Of a DNA stretch of 64,000 nt, positions 29,303 to 39,475 are shown piece by piece. Position 1 is the first letter of the stretch. Each line of letters begins with the position of its first letter. The notes beneath the pieces were generated by a model. It was not told where the DNA came from, ran no database searches, and worked only from the letters and a program-made list of their open reading frames with translations. The translations under genes and the position numbers were made by a program. This DNA comes from an uncultured delta proteobacterium (GTDB lineage Bacteria; Myxococcota_A; Polyangia; Polyangiales; Polyangiaceae): NCBI GenBank assembly GCA_963696385.1, contig CAVOKF010000005.1, positions 1,408,001 through 1,472,000 on the forward strand. Reading direction: 5' to 3'.

Positions 29303-29896
29303 ATGAGTCAGGTTCGCAGCACATCCGGGAACGACTCGACGAATCCACCCGACACCGACCAGGCCGGCGATTCCGACGGCTTGACCGACGATCACTTGGT
29401 GACCACCCAGATGCCCACAGTGGCGAGGCCGCCAGTTCGCGTCGGTTCCGCGTCCTCGGCTGCGGCTGGCGCCTCGTCGTCGGCGCCACCCCGAGCCGTG
29501 GCGTCCTCGGCGCCCCGGCGGGACGTCGTTGCAGCTGCGGGATCGACCGGCAAAACGGCGGGCGAGGGCTCGAGCTGGTGGCGCGCGCTGCTGCAATCGA
29601 CGCGACCGAATGCGATGCCGGATCCCCTGTCCGACGCGAGAACGACGCGGCTGCGGATCGCCGTCACGTGCGTGGCTCTTGCCTTGCTTTGGATGGCCAT
29701 CGCGCTCGCGATCGGGCTGCGCGATCCTCCGTCCGACTTGCTCGCCCCCGCGATCGTAACGGCGGCCGTCGTCGTGGCCCGCGCACTCATCGCCGTGGGG
29801 CTCATCGCGTTCAGTGCGACGCTGCTCCGAGTGGCAGAGCGTCTTTTCGCCGCGGTCCGGGACGGGCGGCCGGACGACGACTCCAGCCGGAGCTGA
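29303..29896 (+). CDS. Hypothetical membrane protein (disordered N-terminus, two C-terminal hydrophobic helices)
   Basis: IAVTCVALALLWMAIALAIGL and AIVTAAVVVARALIAVGLIAF. Confidence 0.55.
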   Translation: MSQVRSTSGNDSTNPPDTDQAGDSDGLTDDHLVTTQMPTVARPPVRVGSASSAAAGASSSAPPRAVASSAPRRDVVAAAGSTGKTAGEGSSWWRALLQSTRPNAMPDPLSDARTTRLRIAVTCVALALLWMAIALAIGLRDPPSDLLAPAIVTAAVVVARALIAVGLIAFSATLLRVAERLFAAVRDGRPDDDSSRS

Positions 29897-30129
29897 GGCC
29901 ATGCGCAGTCCGCCCGCCTGCGCATTCGCGGGGCGGGGGAAGGAATCCTGCGGCTTTGGGCGGCGAAGTGGCCTTGGGCTGGACAAGCCCTGCATCGACG
30001 AAGTGGCGTTCGGCGAGCCGTGCCGTTGCCTTTGAAATAGTGTGGACGATGAGGGTCTCTCCCGACATCTCCGTACGACGCTTTGCGAGCCGGCTTCCAA
30101 GGCAGAGATGGGGGCGGGCATGGCCGCAC

Positions 30130-30205
30130 TTGACGCGCGACGGCGAGAAACCTAAAAGGATAGTCAACTCTAACATTCACGTAAGAGTGTTAGGTTAGAG
30201 TTGAC
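30130..30205 (+). promoter_or_regulatory. Candidate promoter (TTGACG-N17-TAAAAG) and palindromic operator
   Basis: Perfect 12-bp inverted repeat GTCAACTCTAAC (30163-30174) / GTTAGAGTTGAC (30194-30205); nested ACTCTAAC-N6-GTAAGAGT; AT-rich island; the -10 match is imperfect. Confidence 0.65.
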
Positions 30206-30207
30206 CT

Positions 30208-30798
30208 ATGCCCGACCATCATCGACTCCCTCTCGTGGTCCGTCGCGCCGATCCCGGCGGCGGGGCGACGGCCGATCTGGGCCTTCCAGGCGGTGACGGA
30301 TCGCCTGCGCGCGAAGACGCGCAGGAGCGCCGAGGTCTGATGCAAGTAGGCGATCTAGCACGAGAAACTGGCAAGACCGTCCGCGCCATTCGTATGTACG
30401 AAGAACTTGGGCTGCTGACGCCGGCGGCTCGATCCAAGGGTGGCTTCCGTCTCTATGCGCGCGAGGCACTGGTCCGCATCCGCTGGATCAGCACGCTCCA
30501 GGAGATGGGCTTCAGTCTGGGCGATATCCAAACCATCGTCCGTGAGTGGGAGCACATCGCGAGCGCGCCGGGCGCGATGAAGCGCATGCGGCAGGTGTAC
30601 GTGCGCAAATTGGAAGAGACACGCGATCAAAAGCTGCGGATTGAGGCGCTCGAGCGCGAACTGGAGTCGAGCGTCGAATACCTGGACACCTGCGACGTAT
30701 GCGATCCGCAGCGGCTGCTCAGCGCGTGCAACTGCTGCGATCTGCACGACAAGGAGACGGACGTGCCCGAGCTCGTTCTCGGGTTCAGAGCGCGTTGA
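30208..30798 (+). CDS. MerR-family transcriptional regulator with Cys-rich C-terminus
   Basis: [39 protein letters not shown], coiled coil, then [16 protein letters not shown]. Confidence 0.92.
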   Translation: MPDHHRLPLVVRRADPGGGATADLGLPGGDGSPAREDAQERRGLMQVGDLARETGKTVRAIRMYEELGLLTPAARSKGGFRLYAREALVRIRWISTLQEMGFSLGDIQTIVREWEHIASAPGAMKRMRQVYVRKLEETRDQKLRIEALERELESSVEYLDTCDVCDPQRLLSACNCCDLHDKETDVPELVLGFRAR

Positions 30799-30877
30799 TT
30801 GCACGTTCAAGCGTGTCGTTTGCGCAAGCGTCAAAGGCCTACATCGGCTGGCACGAACCACGAACAAGGTAACGACG

Positions 30878-32101
30878 ATGGCTGTGAAGCTCCCGATTTT
30901 CATGGACAATCACTCGACGACGCCAGTGGATCCCCGCGTCGTGGACGAGATGATGCCGTACTTCACTACGAAGTTCGGTAACGCCGCCAGTCGCGGTCAT
31001 TCGTTCGGCTGGCAGGCCGAGGAGGCGGTCGATCACGCGCGCGAACGCATCGCTCGACTCATCGGCGCGAAGGACGAGAAGGAAATCGTATTCACCAGCG
31101 GCGCGACCGAGAGCGACAACCTCGCCATCAAGGGCGTTGCCGAGTTCTACAAGGACAAAGGCAATCACATCATCACGACCGTGACCGAGCACAAGGCCGT
31201 TCTCGACACGTGCAAGCGTCTCGAGAAGCAGGGCTTCGATGTCACCTATTTGGGCGTCGGAAAAGATGGACGAGTGGACCCCGACGACGTCAAGAATGCG
31301 ATTACCGACAAGACGATTCTCGCGAGTGTGATGCTCGCGAACAACGAGATCGGTACCGTGCAGCCTTTGGACGCTATCGGCAAAATCACCCGCGAACGGG
31401 GCGTGCTTCTCCACAGCGACGCCGTGCAGGGGATTGGCAAGGTCGACTTCGACGTCCAGAGAATGAACGTGGACCTGGCATCCTTGACGGCCCACAAGAT
31501 CTACGGGCCCAAAGGTGTCGGCGCCCTGTACGTGCGGCGTAGCCGGCCGCGTGTGAGGCTGGCCGCACAGATGGACGGGGGCGGCCACGAACGAGGAGTG
31601 CGTTCGGGGACGCTCGCCGTCCCCCTCATCGCCGGCTTTGGCAAGGCCTGCGAGATCATGACGCTTGAAGGCCAGGCCGAGGCGGCGCGGCTGCGTGCAC
31701 TGCGGGACCGTCTGCGCACGCGCATCATGACCGGTCTCGAGGAGGTGTACCTTAACGGGTCGACCGATCACGGTCTTCCGGGCAACCTGAACCTGAGCTT
31801 CAACTTCGTCGAGGGCGAAGGTCTCATGATGGCGATCAAGGATGTCGCCGTGAGCTCGGGATCGGCGTGCACGTCGGCAAGTCTCGAGCCGAGCTACGTC
31901 CTGCGCGCGCTCGGCGTGGGAGACGAGCTTGCGCACTCGAGCATTCGATTCGGGCTTGGGCGCTTCAACACCGAGGAGGAGGTCGACTACGTGGCCGATT
32001 TGGTCATCGATAAGGTGCTTCGACTTCGGGATCTGTCGCCACTGTGGGAGATGCACAACGAAGGAATTGACTTGAAGAGTGTGGAGTGGGTCGCGCATTG
32101 A
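30878..32101 (+). CDS. iscS: Cysteine desulfurase
   Basis: [23 protein letters not shown] (PLP lysine), [13 protein letters not shown]. Confidence 0.97.
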   Translation: MAVKLPIFMDNHSTTPVDPRVVDEMMPYFTTKFGNAASRGHSFGWQAEEAVDHARERIARLIGAKDEKEIVFTSGATESDNLAIKGVAEFYKDKGNHIITTVTEHKAVLDTCKRLEKQGFDVTYLGVGKDGRVDPDDVKNAITDKTILASVMLANNEIGTVQPLDAIGKITRERGVLLHSDAVQGIGKVDFDVQRMNVDLASLTAHKIYGPKGVGALYVRRSRPRVRLAAQMDGGGHERGVRSGTLAVPLIAGFGKACEIMTLEGQAEAARLRALRDRLRTRIMTGLEEVYLNGSTDHGLPGNLNLSFNFVEGEGLMMAIKDVAVSSGSACTSASLEPSYVLRALGVGDELAHSSIRFGLGRFNTEEEVDYVADLVIDKVLRLRDLSPLWEMHNEGIDLKSVEWVAH

Positions 32102-32182
32102 CGTGCATGGCCGACGTGCCCCGTGAGTGTGCGACAGTGACGACGATGCCAATCGATTTTTCAAAACGATAAGGACCGAACC

Positions 32183-32605
32183 ATGGCGTACAGCGACAAA
32201 GTCATCGAGCACTACGAGAACCCGAAGAACGTGGGAACGCTCGACAAGAGCGATCCGATGGTCGGCACCGGTCTGGTCGGCGCTCCTGCATGCGGCGACG
32301 TGATGCGGCTGCAAATCCGAGTCAACGAACAAGGCGTCATCGAAGACGCCAAATTCAAGACATTCGGTTGCGGGTCCGCGATCGCGAGCTCCTCGCTCGC
32401 CACCGAATGGATCAAGGGCAAGACGATCGACGAGGCCGAGTCGATAAAGAATTCGCAGATCGTGGACGAGCTCAATCTGCCGCCGGTCAAGATACACTGC
32501 TCGGTGCTTGCCGAAGATGCGATCAAGACTGCGATCGCCGACTACCGCAAGAAGCGGTCGGATCGCAAGGCCGCCTCTATCGCGACGTCCGACGAAAAGG
32601 CCTGA
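32183..32605 (+). CDS. iscU: Fe-S cluster scaffold
   Basis: APACGD, FGCGSA, LPPVKIHC. Confidence 0.98.
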   Translation: MAYSDKVIEHYENPKNVGTLDKSDPMVGTGLVGAPACGDVMRLQIRVNEQGVIEDAKFKTFGCGSAIASSSLATEWIKGKTIDEAESIKNSQIVDELNLPPVKIHCSVLAEDAIKTAIADYRKKRSDRKAASIATSDEKA

Positions 32606-32613
32606 CGGCAGCA

Positions 32614-32994
32614 ATGGACACGACGCATCAACAAGCCCAGGGGAAAGAGCCGAACCTTACGGTCTCGAGCGGGGCCGTCGAAGCGATCGCCAGGCAAATG
32701 AGGAAACGAGGTACGCCCGAGGCGAGCCTGCGCCTCGGCATTCGAGGTGGAGGCTGTTCGGGCTTTACGTATGTGATTGAGTTTCACGACGGCCAGCCCC
32801 ACCGACGAGATCGCGTCCTCGACTACCTGGCGACGGACGGAACGAGAGTGCGCGTCGTCGTGGATCCAAAGAGCCTCATCTATCTCAACGGTACGGTGCT
32901 CGAATGGGAACAGACGCTGATGCGCCAAGGATTCAAGTTCGCCAATCCCAACGAAAAGAGCGGCTGCGGCTGCGGAAGCTCGTTCTCGGTGTGA
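32614..32994 (+). CDS. iscA: A-type Fe-S carrier
   Basis: GGGCSGFTY, CGCGSSF. Confidence 0.93.
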   Translation: MDTTHQQAQGKEPNLTVSSGAVEAIARQMRKRGTPEASLRLGIRGGGCSGFTYVIEFHDGQPHRRDRVLDYLATDGTRVRVVVDPKSLIYLNGTVLEWEQTLMRQGFKFANPNEKSGCGCGSSFSV

Positions 32995-33506
32995 TGAATC
33001 CATTTGTGGCGCTGGGCCTGGCCCAAACGTTCGACGTCGATCCGGCTGTCGCCGAGGCAAGGCACCGCGAGCTTTCGCGTGCCTTGCACCCCGACCGCTT
33101 CGTGGGCACGAGTGCGACCGAAAAGCGCCAGGCGTTGGCGAAAGCGGTGGAAGTGAACGAGGCATGGCGGATTGTGCGGGATCCGCTGCTGAGGGCAGAG
33201 GCGTTGATCCGGCTGAGCGGTGTTTCCGTGCGAGACGATGACGGCCCCAAGGCCGATCCGGCGTTTCTGATGGAGATGCTCGAGAGGCGCGAGGCTCTCG
33301 CCGAGGCGAAGGGCGCGCGCGACCTGAGCGCTGTCCAGAGGCTCGCCGAGGCCATTCAGTCCCGAATCGGGGCGGTGCAGAGTGATCTGTCGGGCGGCTT
33401 CGCGCGCGGCGAGCATGGCTCGCTGGTTGGAAAGGTGGGGGAGCTCAGGTTCTATCGGCGCTTGCTCGACGACATTGTTGCGGTCGAAGACGAACTGGCG
33501 GCGTGA
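32994..33506 (+). CDS. hscB: Fe-S co-chaperone (J domain)
   Basis: HPDRF, NEAW...DPLLRA, DPAFLME. Confidence 0.93.
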   Translation: MNPFVALGLAQTFDVDPAVAEARHRELSRALHPDRFVGTSATEKRQALAKAVEVNEAWRIVRDPLLRAEALIRLSGVSVRDDDGPKADPAFLMEMLERREALAEAKGARDLSAVQRLAEAIQSRIGAVQSDLSGGFARGEHGSLVGKVGELRFYRRLLDDIVAVEDELAA

Positions 33507-35402
33507 ATGGCTCTATTCGAAATATTCGATCCGAAAGCGAACCCGCGGCCGGTCGGCATCGATCTGGGCACGACCAACTCCCTGGTCGCTTACGTCGCCA
33601 ACGAACGTCCCGTTGCGATTGCCGATTGCGACCTCGAGACGCTCGTACCCAGCGTCGTCGCGTATTTGCCGAATGGCGAGGTGGTTGTGGGCCGCCGTGC
33701 TGTACGGCTGGCGTCGGAGCATCCGCGCGACACGATCGTCAGTGTGAAACGGTTCATGGGTCGCGGCGCCGACGACCCCGAGACGCGCCGTCTCGGTCCG
33801 TACGCGTTCGCTCCTCCGACGGCCGGGGAGGCCAACACGGTTCGCTTCCAGATGACCGGAGGAAGAGTCGTCACTCCCGTCGAGGTGAGCGCAGAGATCT
33901 TGCGTGCGCTCAAGGCGGTTGCGGTCGACGCTTTACGGAACGTCGGTCCCGCCGTGATCACCGTTCCGGCGTATTTCGATGACGCCCAGCGGCAGGCTAC
34001 GCGAGACGCTGCGCGTCTCGCCGGTCTGGACGTCCTGCGCCTTCTCAACGAGCCTACGGCCGCGGCACTCGCGTACGGGCTCGAGAGAAAGCACAACGGC
34101 ACGTTCGCCGTGTACGACTTGGGGGGCGGCACGTTCGATGTCACGGTGCTCGTCCTCGATGAGGGGGTCTTTCAGGTGCGGGCCACCGGCGGCGACAGTC
34201 AGCTCGGCGGCGACGACATGGATCGCGCCGTCGCGCACGAATTGCTCGGAGCACTCGGTTTCGAGGGAATCCAGCAGACTCCCCAACTCGTGCGACTCGT
34301 GCTCGACGAGGCTCGCAAGGTCAAGCACGCGCTGACCGTTCAGGAGACGGTCGATGCGGGTGTGCCGGGCCAGCGTCGCCTTACGCTCACGCGTGCGCGG
34401 TTCGACCAACTGATTCGCCCTCTCCTCGAGCGCACGGGTGCTGCGTGCTTGCGTGTGTTGAGGGATGCGGGGATCAAGGCGCAGGACTTGGACGGCGTGA
34501 TTCTCGTCGGCGGTGCGACTCGCGTGCCTGCCGTGCGCCGCTATGTCGCCGAGCTTTTCAAGAGAGAGCCGATGGACGACATCGATCCGGACCAAGTGGT
34601 CGCTCTCGGAGCAGCGATTCAGGCGGACCTGCTGGCGGGGCTCGGGCAACGCGAGGACGTCGTGCTCCTCGACGTCATCGCCTTGTCGCTCGGCATCGAG
34701 GTCGGTGGTGGCGTCGTCGACCGAGTGCTGCCGCGAAATTCGACGATTCCGTGCGCTGGGCGCGCGACGTACACCACGCAGGAGGACAATCAAACGGGCT
34801 TTGAAATCCATGTGGTACAAGGCGAGCGTGAGCTCGCCGCCGACGACCGGAGCCTCGCGCGCTTCACGCTCAAAGGTATTCCTCCGATGCCGGCGGGAAT
34901 GGCACGTCTCGAGGTCACCTTCGAGGTCGATGCCGACGGGCTGTTGAGCGTGCATGCCAAGGAGCTGACGACGGGAGTCGAGCAGACGGTCGCCGTCAGG
35001 CCGAGCTACGGGCTGGACGATGCCACCGTCGAGCGCATGCTGCTCGAGGCGCTCGATCGCGGCGAGGAGGACCTCGTCAACCGGCGGCTCGCGGAGAATC
35101 GCGTCGAAGCTCGACGAATCCTCGCGGCGGCGCGCAAAGCGATCGACCTGGACGCCGATCTTCTCCAGCCCGGGGAACGATCTCGAATCGAGAGCGCGTG
35201 GGCCGCGCTCGAGAACGCCGTGTGCGGCGACGACCCGGGGCATATCCACTCGTGCGTCGAGGCGCTCGACGATGCCACCAAGGCGTTCGCAGGTCGGCGA
35301 ATGAATCGCGCCATCGCGCGGGCCATCGAGGGCAAGCGCGTCGACGCGGTCGAGCGGTCGGTGGAGCATGCCAAGGGCGTCGAGCTGGCGCACGCTCGCT
35401 GA
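33507..35402 (+). CDS. hscA: Fe-S chaperone, Hsp70 family
   Basis: MALFEI N-terminus, [23 protein letters not shown]; isc context. Confidence 0.95.
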   Translation: MALFEIFDPKANPRPVGIDLGTTNSLVAYVANERPVAIADCDLETLVPSVVAYLPNGEVVVGRRAVRLASEHPRDTIVSVKRFMGRGADDPETRRLGPYAFAPPTAGEANTVRFQMTGGRVVTPVEVSAEILRALKAVAVDALRNVGPAVITVPAYFDDAQRQATRDAARLAGLDVLRLLNEPTAAALAYGLERKHNGTFAVYDLGGGTFDVTVLVLDEGVFQVRATGGDSQLGGDDMDRAVAHELLGALGFEGIQQTPQLVRLVLDEARKVKHALTVQETVDAGVPGQRRLTLTRARFDQLIRPLLERTGAACLRVLRDAGIKAQDLDGVILVGGATRVPAVRRYVAELFKREPMDDIDPDQVVALGAAIQADLLAGLGQREDVVLLDVIALSLGIEVGGGVVDRVLPRNSTIPCAGRATYTTQEDNQTGFEIHVVQGERELAADDRSLARFTLKGIPPMPAGMARLEVTFEVDADGLLSVHAKELTTGVEQTVAVRPSYGLDDATVERMLLEALDRGEEDLVNRRLAENRVEARRILAAARKAIDLDADLLQPGERSRIESAWAALENAVCGDDPGHIHSCVEALDDATKAFAGRRMNRAIARAIEGKRVDAVERSVEHAKGVELAHAR

Positions 35403-35419
35403 CAGCGGACACGGGATTG

Positions 35420-35788
35420 ATGACGACAGTTCGCTTCAAGGGGTTCGGCGAGGTCGAAGTGCCGGTGGGTACTACGCTTCTCGAGGCCGCGACGAAGGCG
35501 CGTTTCCCGGAGGGCAGCGCGTGTGGCGGCGTTTGCGCCTGCTCGACGTGCCACCTGTATGTGACGCGGGGTGGAGCGCTCCTCAGCGAGCAGCAGGACG
35601 AGGAGGCGGACATTCTCGACAAGGCGTTCGACGTCCGCGCGATTTCCCGGCTGGGATGTCAGTCGCGCGTCGTCGGAGAGGGCGAGGTTGAGGTCGAAAT
35701 CAGTCGCGAGAGTCTGGAGGCATACGAAAACGAACACCCGGCCGAACGCGGGAAGTACACACGGCCGGCACGGGCCTCCGAGGGCTAG
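35420..35788 (+). CDS. fdx: [2Fe-2S] ferredoxin, ISC type
   Basis: CGGVCACSTCH...SRLGCQ. Confidence 0.93.
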   Translation: MTTVRFKGFGEVEVPVGTTLLEAATKARFPEGSACGGVCACSTCHLYVTRGGALLSEQQDEEADILDKAFDVRAISRLGCQSRVVGEGEVEVEISRESLEAYENEHPAERGKYTRPARASEG

Positions 35789-36016
35789 GGTCCGTTTCGT
35801 ACGTCCCGCGGAACTCGGCGTGCGCAGCTGCACCGCGAAGACGGACCACCCGCACGAGTCTTGTTTTTCCGGCGCTCCGCCCCCGAATCCCCAAACCAGC
35901 TCCCGCGGCTTGGCGAGTGGCCAATCCCGCAAGAACCAGTGCACTTGTGCATTCGCGCGGACTTGCGCAATGGCCCCCGAGTCCTGGTGCTTCCCGTCGG
36001 TCGCGGCGCGGTCGGC

Positions 36017-37318
36017 TCAGCTCAGGCGGATGCCCGGGGCCGGGTACCTCGCGCAGACGTCTTTCACCTCATCGGCGATCCCCGCAAGGCTGATCTCGTC
36101 CGAGGGTCGTTGCGTCACCCGATCGATCCAGTCCGCGATACGGAGCATGACGTCCGTGCCCATGCCGCGTGAGGTGACCGATGGTGTGCCGATGCGAACG
36201 CCCGAAGGATCGAAGGGCTTGCGTGCGTCGAAGGGGACTGCATTGTAATTGAGCACGATTCCCGCCCGGTCGAGCGCTCGTGCCAACGGCTTGCCGGTCA
36301 CCCCCTTGCCCGTCACGTCGACGAGCATGAGGTGATTGTCGGTTCCACCGGTGCTCACGCGGAAGCCGCGCTCGGCAAGAGCGCGCGCCAAAACGCGGGC
36401 GTTTTCGACGATGGCCTGCGCGTACAGCTTGAAATCGGGTCGCGCGGCCTCGTCGGCAGCGACGGCGATCGCTGCGGTCACATGGTTGTGTGGTCCGCCT
36501 TGCAGGCCGGGGAACACGGCCTTGTCGATCATGGCCCCGTACTCCTTCTTGCAGAAAATCATGCCGCCGCGCGGGCCACGAAATGTCTTGTGCGTCGTGG
36601 ACGTCACGACGTCGGCCACGCCGATGGGCGAGGGATGGACCCCACCGCATACGAGCCCCGCGATGTGCGCCATGTCTGCCACGAGGAGTGCTCCGACTTC
36701 GTCGGCAATGGCTCGGAAGGCCGCGAAATCGATGCGTCGCGGGTACGCAGTCGTGCCGCACCAAAGAAGCTTGGGACGATGTTCGCGGGCGAGATCGCGA
36801 ACCTGATCCAGGTCGATGAGATGGTCCTCCCTTCGCACTCCGTACTGGACACTCTTGAAGTACTTGCCGGTGATGGACACGGAGTGGCCATGAGTCAGGT
36901 GCCCGCCGGCCGAGAGCGATAGGCCCATAATCGTGTCGCCGGGTGCGCAGAACGCGAAATAAACGGCGAGGTTGGCGGGGCTTCCCGAGTACGGCTGAAC
37001 GTTCACGTGCACGTCGTCTGCCGTGACGTTGCCTGCGGCAGTGGAAGCGAAGAGGGTCTTGAGCCGTCCGATAGCCAACTCCTCGATCGGGTCAATCACC
37101 TGTTGCCCTTCGTAATAGCGCTTGTGGGCATACCCCTCCGAGTACTTGTTCGTAAGGACCGATCCGGTGGCCTCCATGACGGCGCGAGAGGCATAGTTTT
37201 CGCTGGCGATCAGGCGAATCTTGTCGTGTTCGAGGCGGCTCTCCTCCGCCACCAAGCGGGCGACGGCGGGATCCGATTCCGCAAGCGACGGATTGAAGGC
37301 AGCATGAGGCGAGGACAT
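36017..37318 (-). CDS. glyA: Serine hydroxymethyltransferase
   Basis: LIASEN, NKYSEGY, GGHLTHG, STTHKTFRGPRG, FPGLQGGP. Confidence 0.98.
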   Translation of the reverse strand: MSSPHAAFNPSLAESDPAVARLVAEESRLEHDKIRLIASENYASRAVMEATGSVLTNKYSEGYAHKRYYEGQQVIDPIEELAIGRLKTLFASTAAGNVTADDVHVNVQPYSGSPANLAVYFAFCAPGDTIMGLSLSAGGHLTHGHSVSITGKYFKSVQYGVRREDHLIDLDQVRDLAREHRPKLLWCGTTAYPRRIDFAAFRAIADEVGALLVADMAHIAGLVCGGVHPSPIGVADVVTSTTHKTFRGPRGGMIFCKKEYGAMIDKAVFPGLQGGPHNHVTAAIAVAADEAARPDFKLYAQAIVENARVLARALAERGFRVSTGGTDNHLMLVDVTGKGVTGKPLARALDRAGIVLNYNAVPFDARKPFDPSGVRIGTPSVTSRGMGTDVMLRIADWIDRVTQRPSDEISLAGIADEVKDVCARYPAPGIRLS

Positions 37319-37379
37319 GCGAAGGGATGTACCAGAGCGGCTGCTGGCGCGCGATGGGCCGTGCTAAGTCTGCGGCATC

Positions 37380-38009
37380 ATGCTCCCGCTGGTGCTCGCC
37401 GCTTCGGCTCCCGCGACCACCGCCATTGCCGTCAGTCAGCCGCCGGAGTCGAATGGCGTCGAATCGGCGTCCAAACACCGCAGCGGCGTCGTCTTGGGCC
37501 TGGCGCTGGGCGTCGGCTTCGGCCATGGGGCCGGGTACCCCAACAACGCCAACGACATCGGCACGGCCGACTACTCATCGAGCGGCTGGATGCCCGGCAC
37601 GAGCGGCACTCTTCTGCTGATGGGCGCTTTGACGGACTATCTCAACTTCGGGTTCTGGTTTGCGCAGGCTGGCTTCAGGGACAGCTCGCAGAAGGCCAAC
37701 CAACTTGGCATCGGCCTTCGCGTCGAGACCTTTCCTCTTATGGCCCTGTCCCCTCGGTTATCAGGCGTCGGAGCCTTTGCCCAGTTCGGTCTGGGTGTCG
37801 CGAAGCTGACGACGCCGGGGCTGCCGGACGCGGGCGGAACGCAGTCCTACGCCGGCGCGGGCGTCTTTTACGAGTGGCCGGTTGGCCACTTCCTCGGGGG
37901 TCACGCGGGGATAGGTCCGAGCCTCGAGTACGATGCCGTCTTCACGAGACCGTACGACGCAAGTGGCCTGATCGCGAGCGCAAGGCTCGTATTCTACGGC
38001 GGACCGTAG
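37380..38009 (+). CDS. Exported protein, probable outer-membrane beta-barrel
   Basis: Signal-like N-terminus; alternating Gly/aromatic beta strands; ends ARLVFYGGP. Confidence 0.6.
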   Translation: MLPLVLAASAPATTAIAVSQPPESNGVESASKHRSGVVLGLALGVGFGHGAGYPNNANDIGTADYSSSGWMPGTSGTLLLMGALTDYLNFGFWFAQAGFRDSSQKANQLGIGLRVETFPLMALSPRLSGVGAFAQFGLGVAKLTTPGLPDAGGTQSYAGAGVFYEWPVGHFLGGHAGIGPSLEYDAVFTRPYDASGLIASARLVFYGGP

Positions 38010-38046
38010 CCGACGGCTGAGGACGGCACCTGCTATCGTCTCTGGC

Positions 38047-39390
38047 GTGGCTCCCTCCGACCCGTTTGGGCTTGTCGGTGAAGTGCTCGATGGACATTTC
38101 CGCGTCGAGCGCTGCGTCGGCGAAGGGGGGTTCAGCATCGTTTACAAGGGGACCCATGTCGGGCTGGGCGAGCCCATTGCCATCAAATGCCTGAAACTCC
38201 CGGCTGCGCTTGGCTCCGCGATCGTCGAGTCGTTCATTAAGCGCTTCCGCGACGAGAGCCGTCTGCAATACAAGCTGTCGCAGGGCCATCTGCACGTCGT
38301 GCGCAGCATTGCGAGCGGAACGACAATCGCCCCTTCGACCAGCGCCCTTGTCCCGTTCACCGTACTCGAATGGCTCGAGGGGCGATCGCTTGCGGCGGAG
38401 TATGCGGACCGTCAGGAGCGCCGTCTCGGCCCCCGTCCACTGGAAGAAGTGGTGCGATTTCTGGACTCTGCAGTCGATGCGATCGCTTATGCGCACGCCC
38501 AGGGCGTGGTCCATCGGGACCTCAACCCTGGGAACTTCTTTTTGGCGAGAACCCCGGCTGGCGTGCGGGTCAAAATACTGGATTTTGGGGTCGCCAAAGT
38601 CATGGCGGACTCGGCGCTGGCGATGGGCCCCAGCGCACGCACCATCGGCAACATCCGCATGTTCGCACCCGCGTACGGGGCGCCGGAGCAATTCGATGAG
38701 CGCGTCGGCGCGATCGGTCCGTGGACGGACGTCTACGCGGTCGCCCTCGTCGCGCTCGAGGCGCTTCGAGGAGCACCGGTCGTGGACGGGGAACACCTGG
38801 GCGAGTTTGCGATGAAGGCGCTCGACCCGGTGATTCGCCCGACTCCGCGGCGGCTCGGGAGTGCGGTCGGCGACGCCGTCGAGCGAGTGTTCGCGCAGGC
38901 CGTGGCCTTGAGACCCGGAGATCGACCGCGGGACGCGGGAGAGTTCTGGGGCATGCTCAAGCATGCCATGCACGCAGATTCCGACTCGGGCCGTCCTCCA
39001 CATGCGGAGCCGTCCGCTTTCAGCCGCGAAGGCTTCGGCAACACCGTAAGCCTCGGGGAGCGCCTGGCGTCCGTAAGAGTGCCTGACGAAGTCGGTTCCC
39101 AAGCCGCCAACGCCGATTTGGCGGCCCGGGGTCGAACGCTCCGCGTGGATCGCAGCCCCGTAAGCCACGCGCCCGGGGCGGGGCTGACGGGGCCGGCACC
39201 CGAGGACAGAGCCGTCCGTGCTTCCGAGCCTGCGCCGCGGCCCTCGTCCTCGGTTACACCGGCCCCGATCGGGACGGCTGCGCCGATCGCCATTGTGGTC
39301 GCGCTCACGCTTGCCGCGCTCGGGATTGGGGGCACTCTCATTTGGTACGCGCGCTCGCACCCTCATGACGCGCCGGTCATGCATCCGTAG
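38047..39390 (+). CDS. Ser/Thr kinase-like protein with variant catalytic loop and C-terminal TM helix
   Basis: GEGGFS, AIK, HRDLNPGN, DFG, FAPAYGAPE. Confidence 0.9.
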   Translation: MAPSDPFGLVGEVLDGHFRVERCVGEGGFSIVYKGTHVGLGEPIAIKCLKLPAALGSAIVESFIKRFRDESRLQYKLSQGHLHVVRSIASGTTIAPSTSALVPFTVLEWLEGRSLAAEYADRQERRLGPRPLEEVVRFLDSAVDAIAYAHAQGVVHRDLNPGNFFLARTPAGVRVKILDFGVAKVMADSALAMGPSARTIGNIRMFAPAYGAPEQFDERVGAIGPWTDVYAVALVALEALRGAPVVDGEHLGEFAMKALDPVIRPTPRRLGSAVGDAVERVFAQAVALRPGDRPRDAGEFWGMLKHAMHADSDSGRPPHAEPSAFSREGFGNTVSLGERLASVRVPDEVGSQAANADLAARGRTLRVDRSPVSHAPGAGLTGPAPEDRAVRASEPAPRPSSSVTPAPIGTAAPIAIVVALTLAALGIGGTLIWYARSHPHDAPVMHP

Positions 39391-39475
39391 GGCTCGCACC
39401 GGTCCGCCTTTCGGACGGGCTCCCGGAAGCGAGAGCTCGACCCGATCGCCTGACGGTGGCACAAGGGACTTTAGA

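Noticed and set aside
30208..30798. Calling the MerR protein SoxR, CueR or ZntR
   Set aside because: Cys spacing does not match SoxR, and no metal-efflux or soxS-type target is adjacent.
30839..32614. Long antisense or off-frame ORFs (also 9370-11250, 17863-20214, 33933-35393, 37942-39585, 56375-58204)
   Set aside because: Shadows of well-supported genes, expected in high-GC DNA; no motifs.
33507..35402. Hsp70 as dnaK
   Set aside because: HscA-type N-terminus, hscB/fdx context and an LPPVK-bearing IscU indicate hscA.
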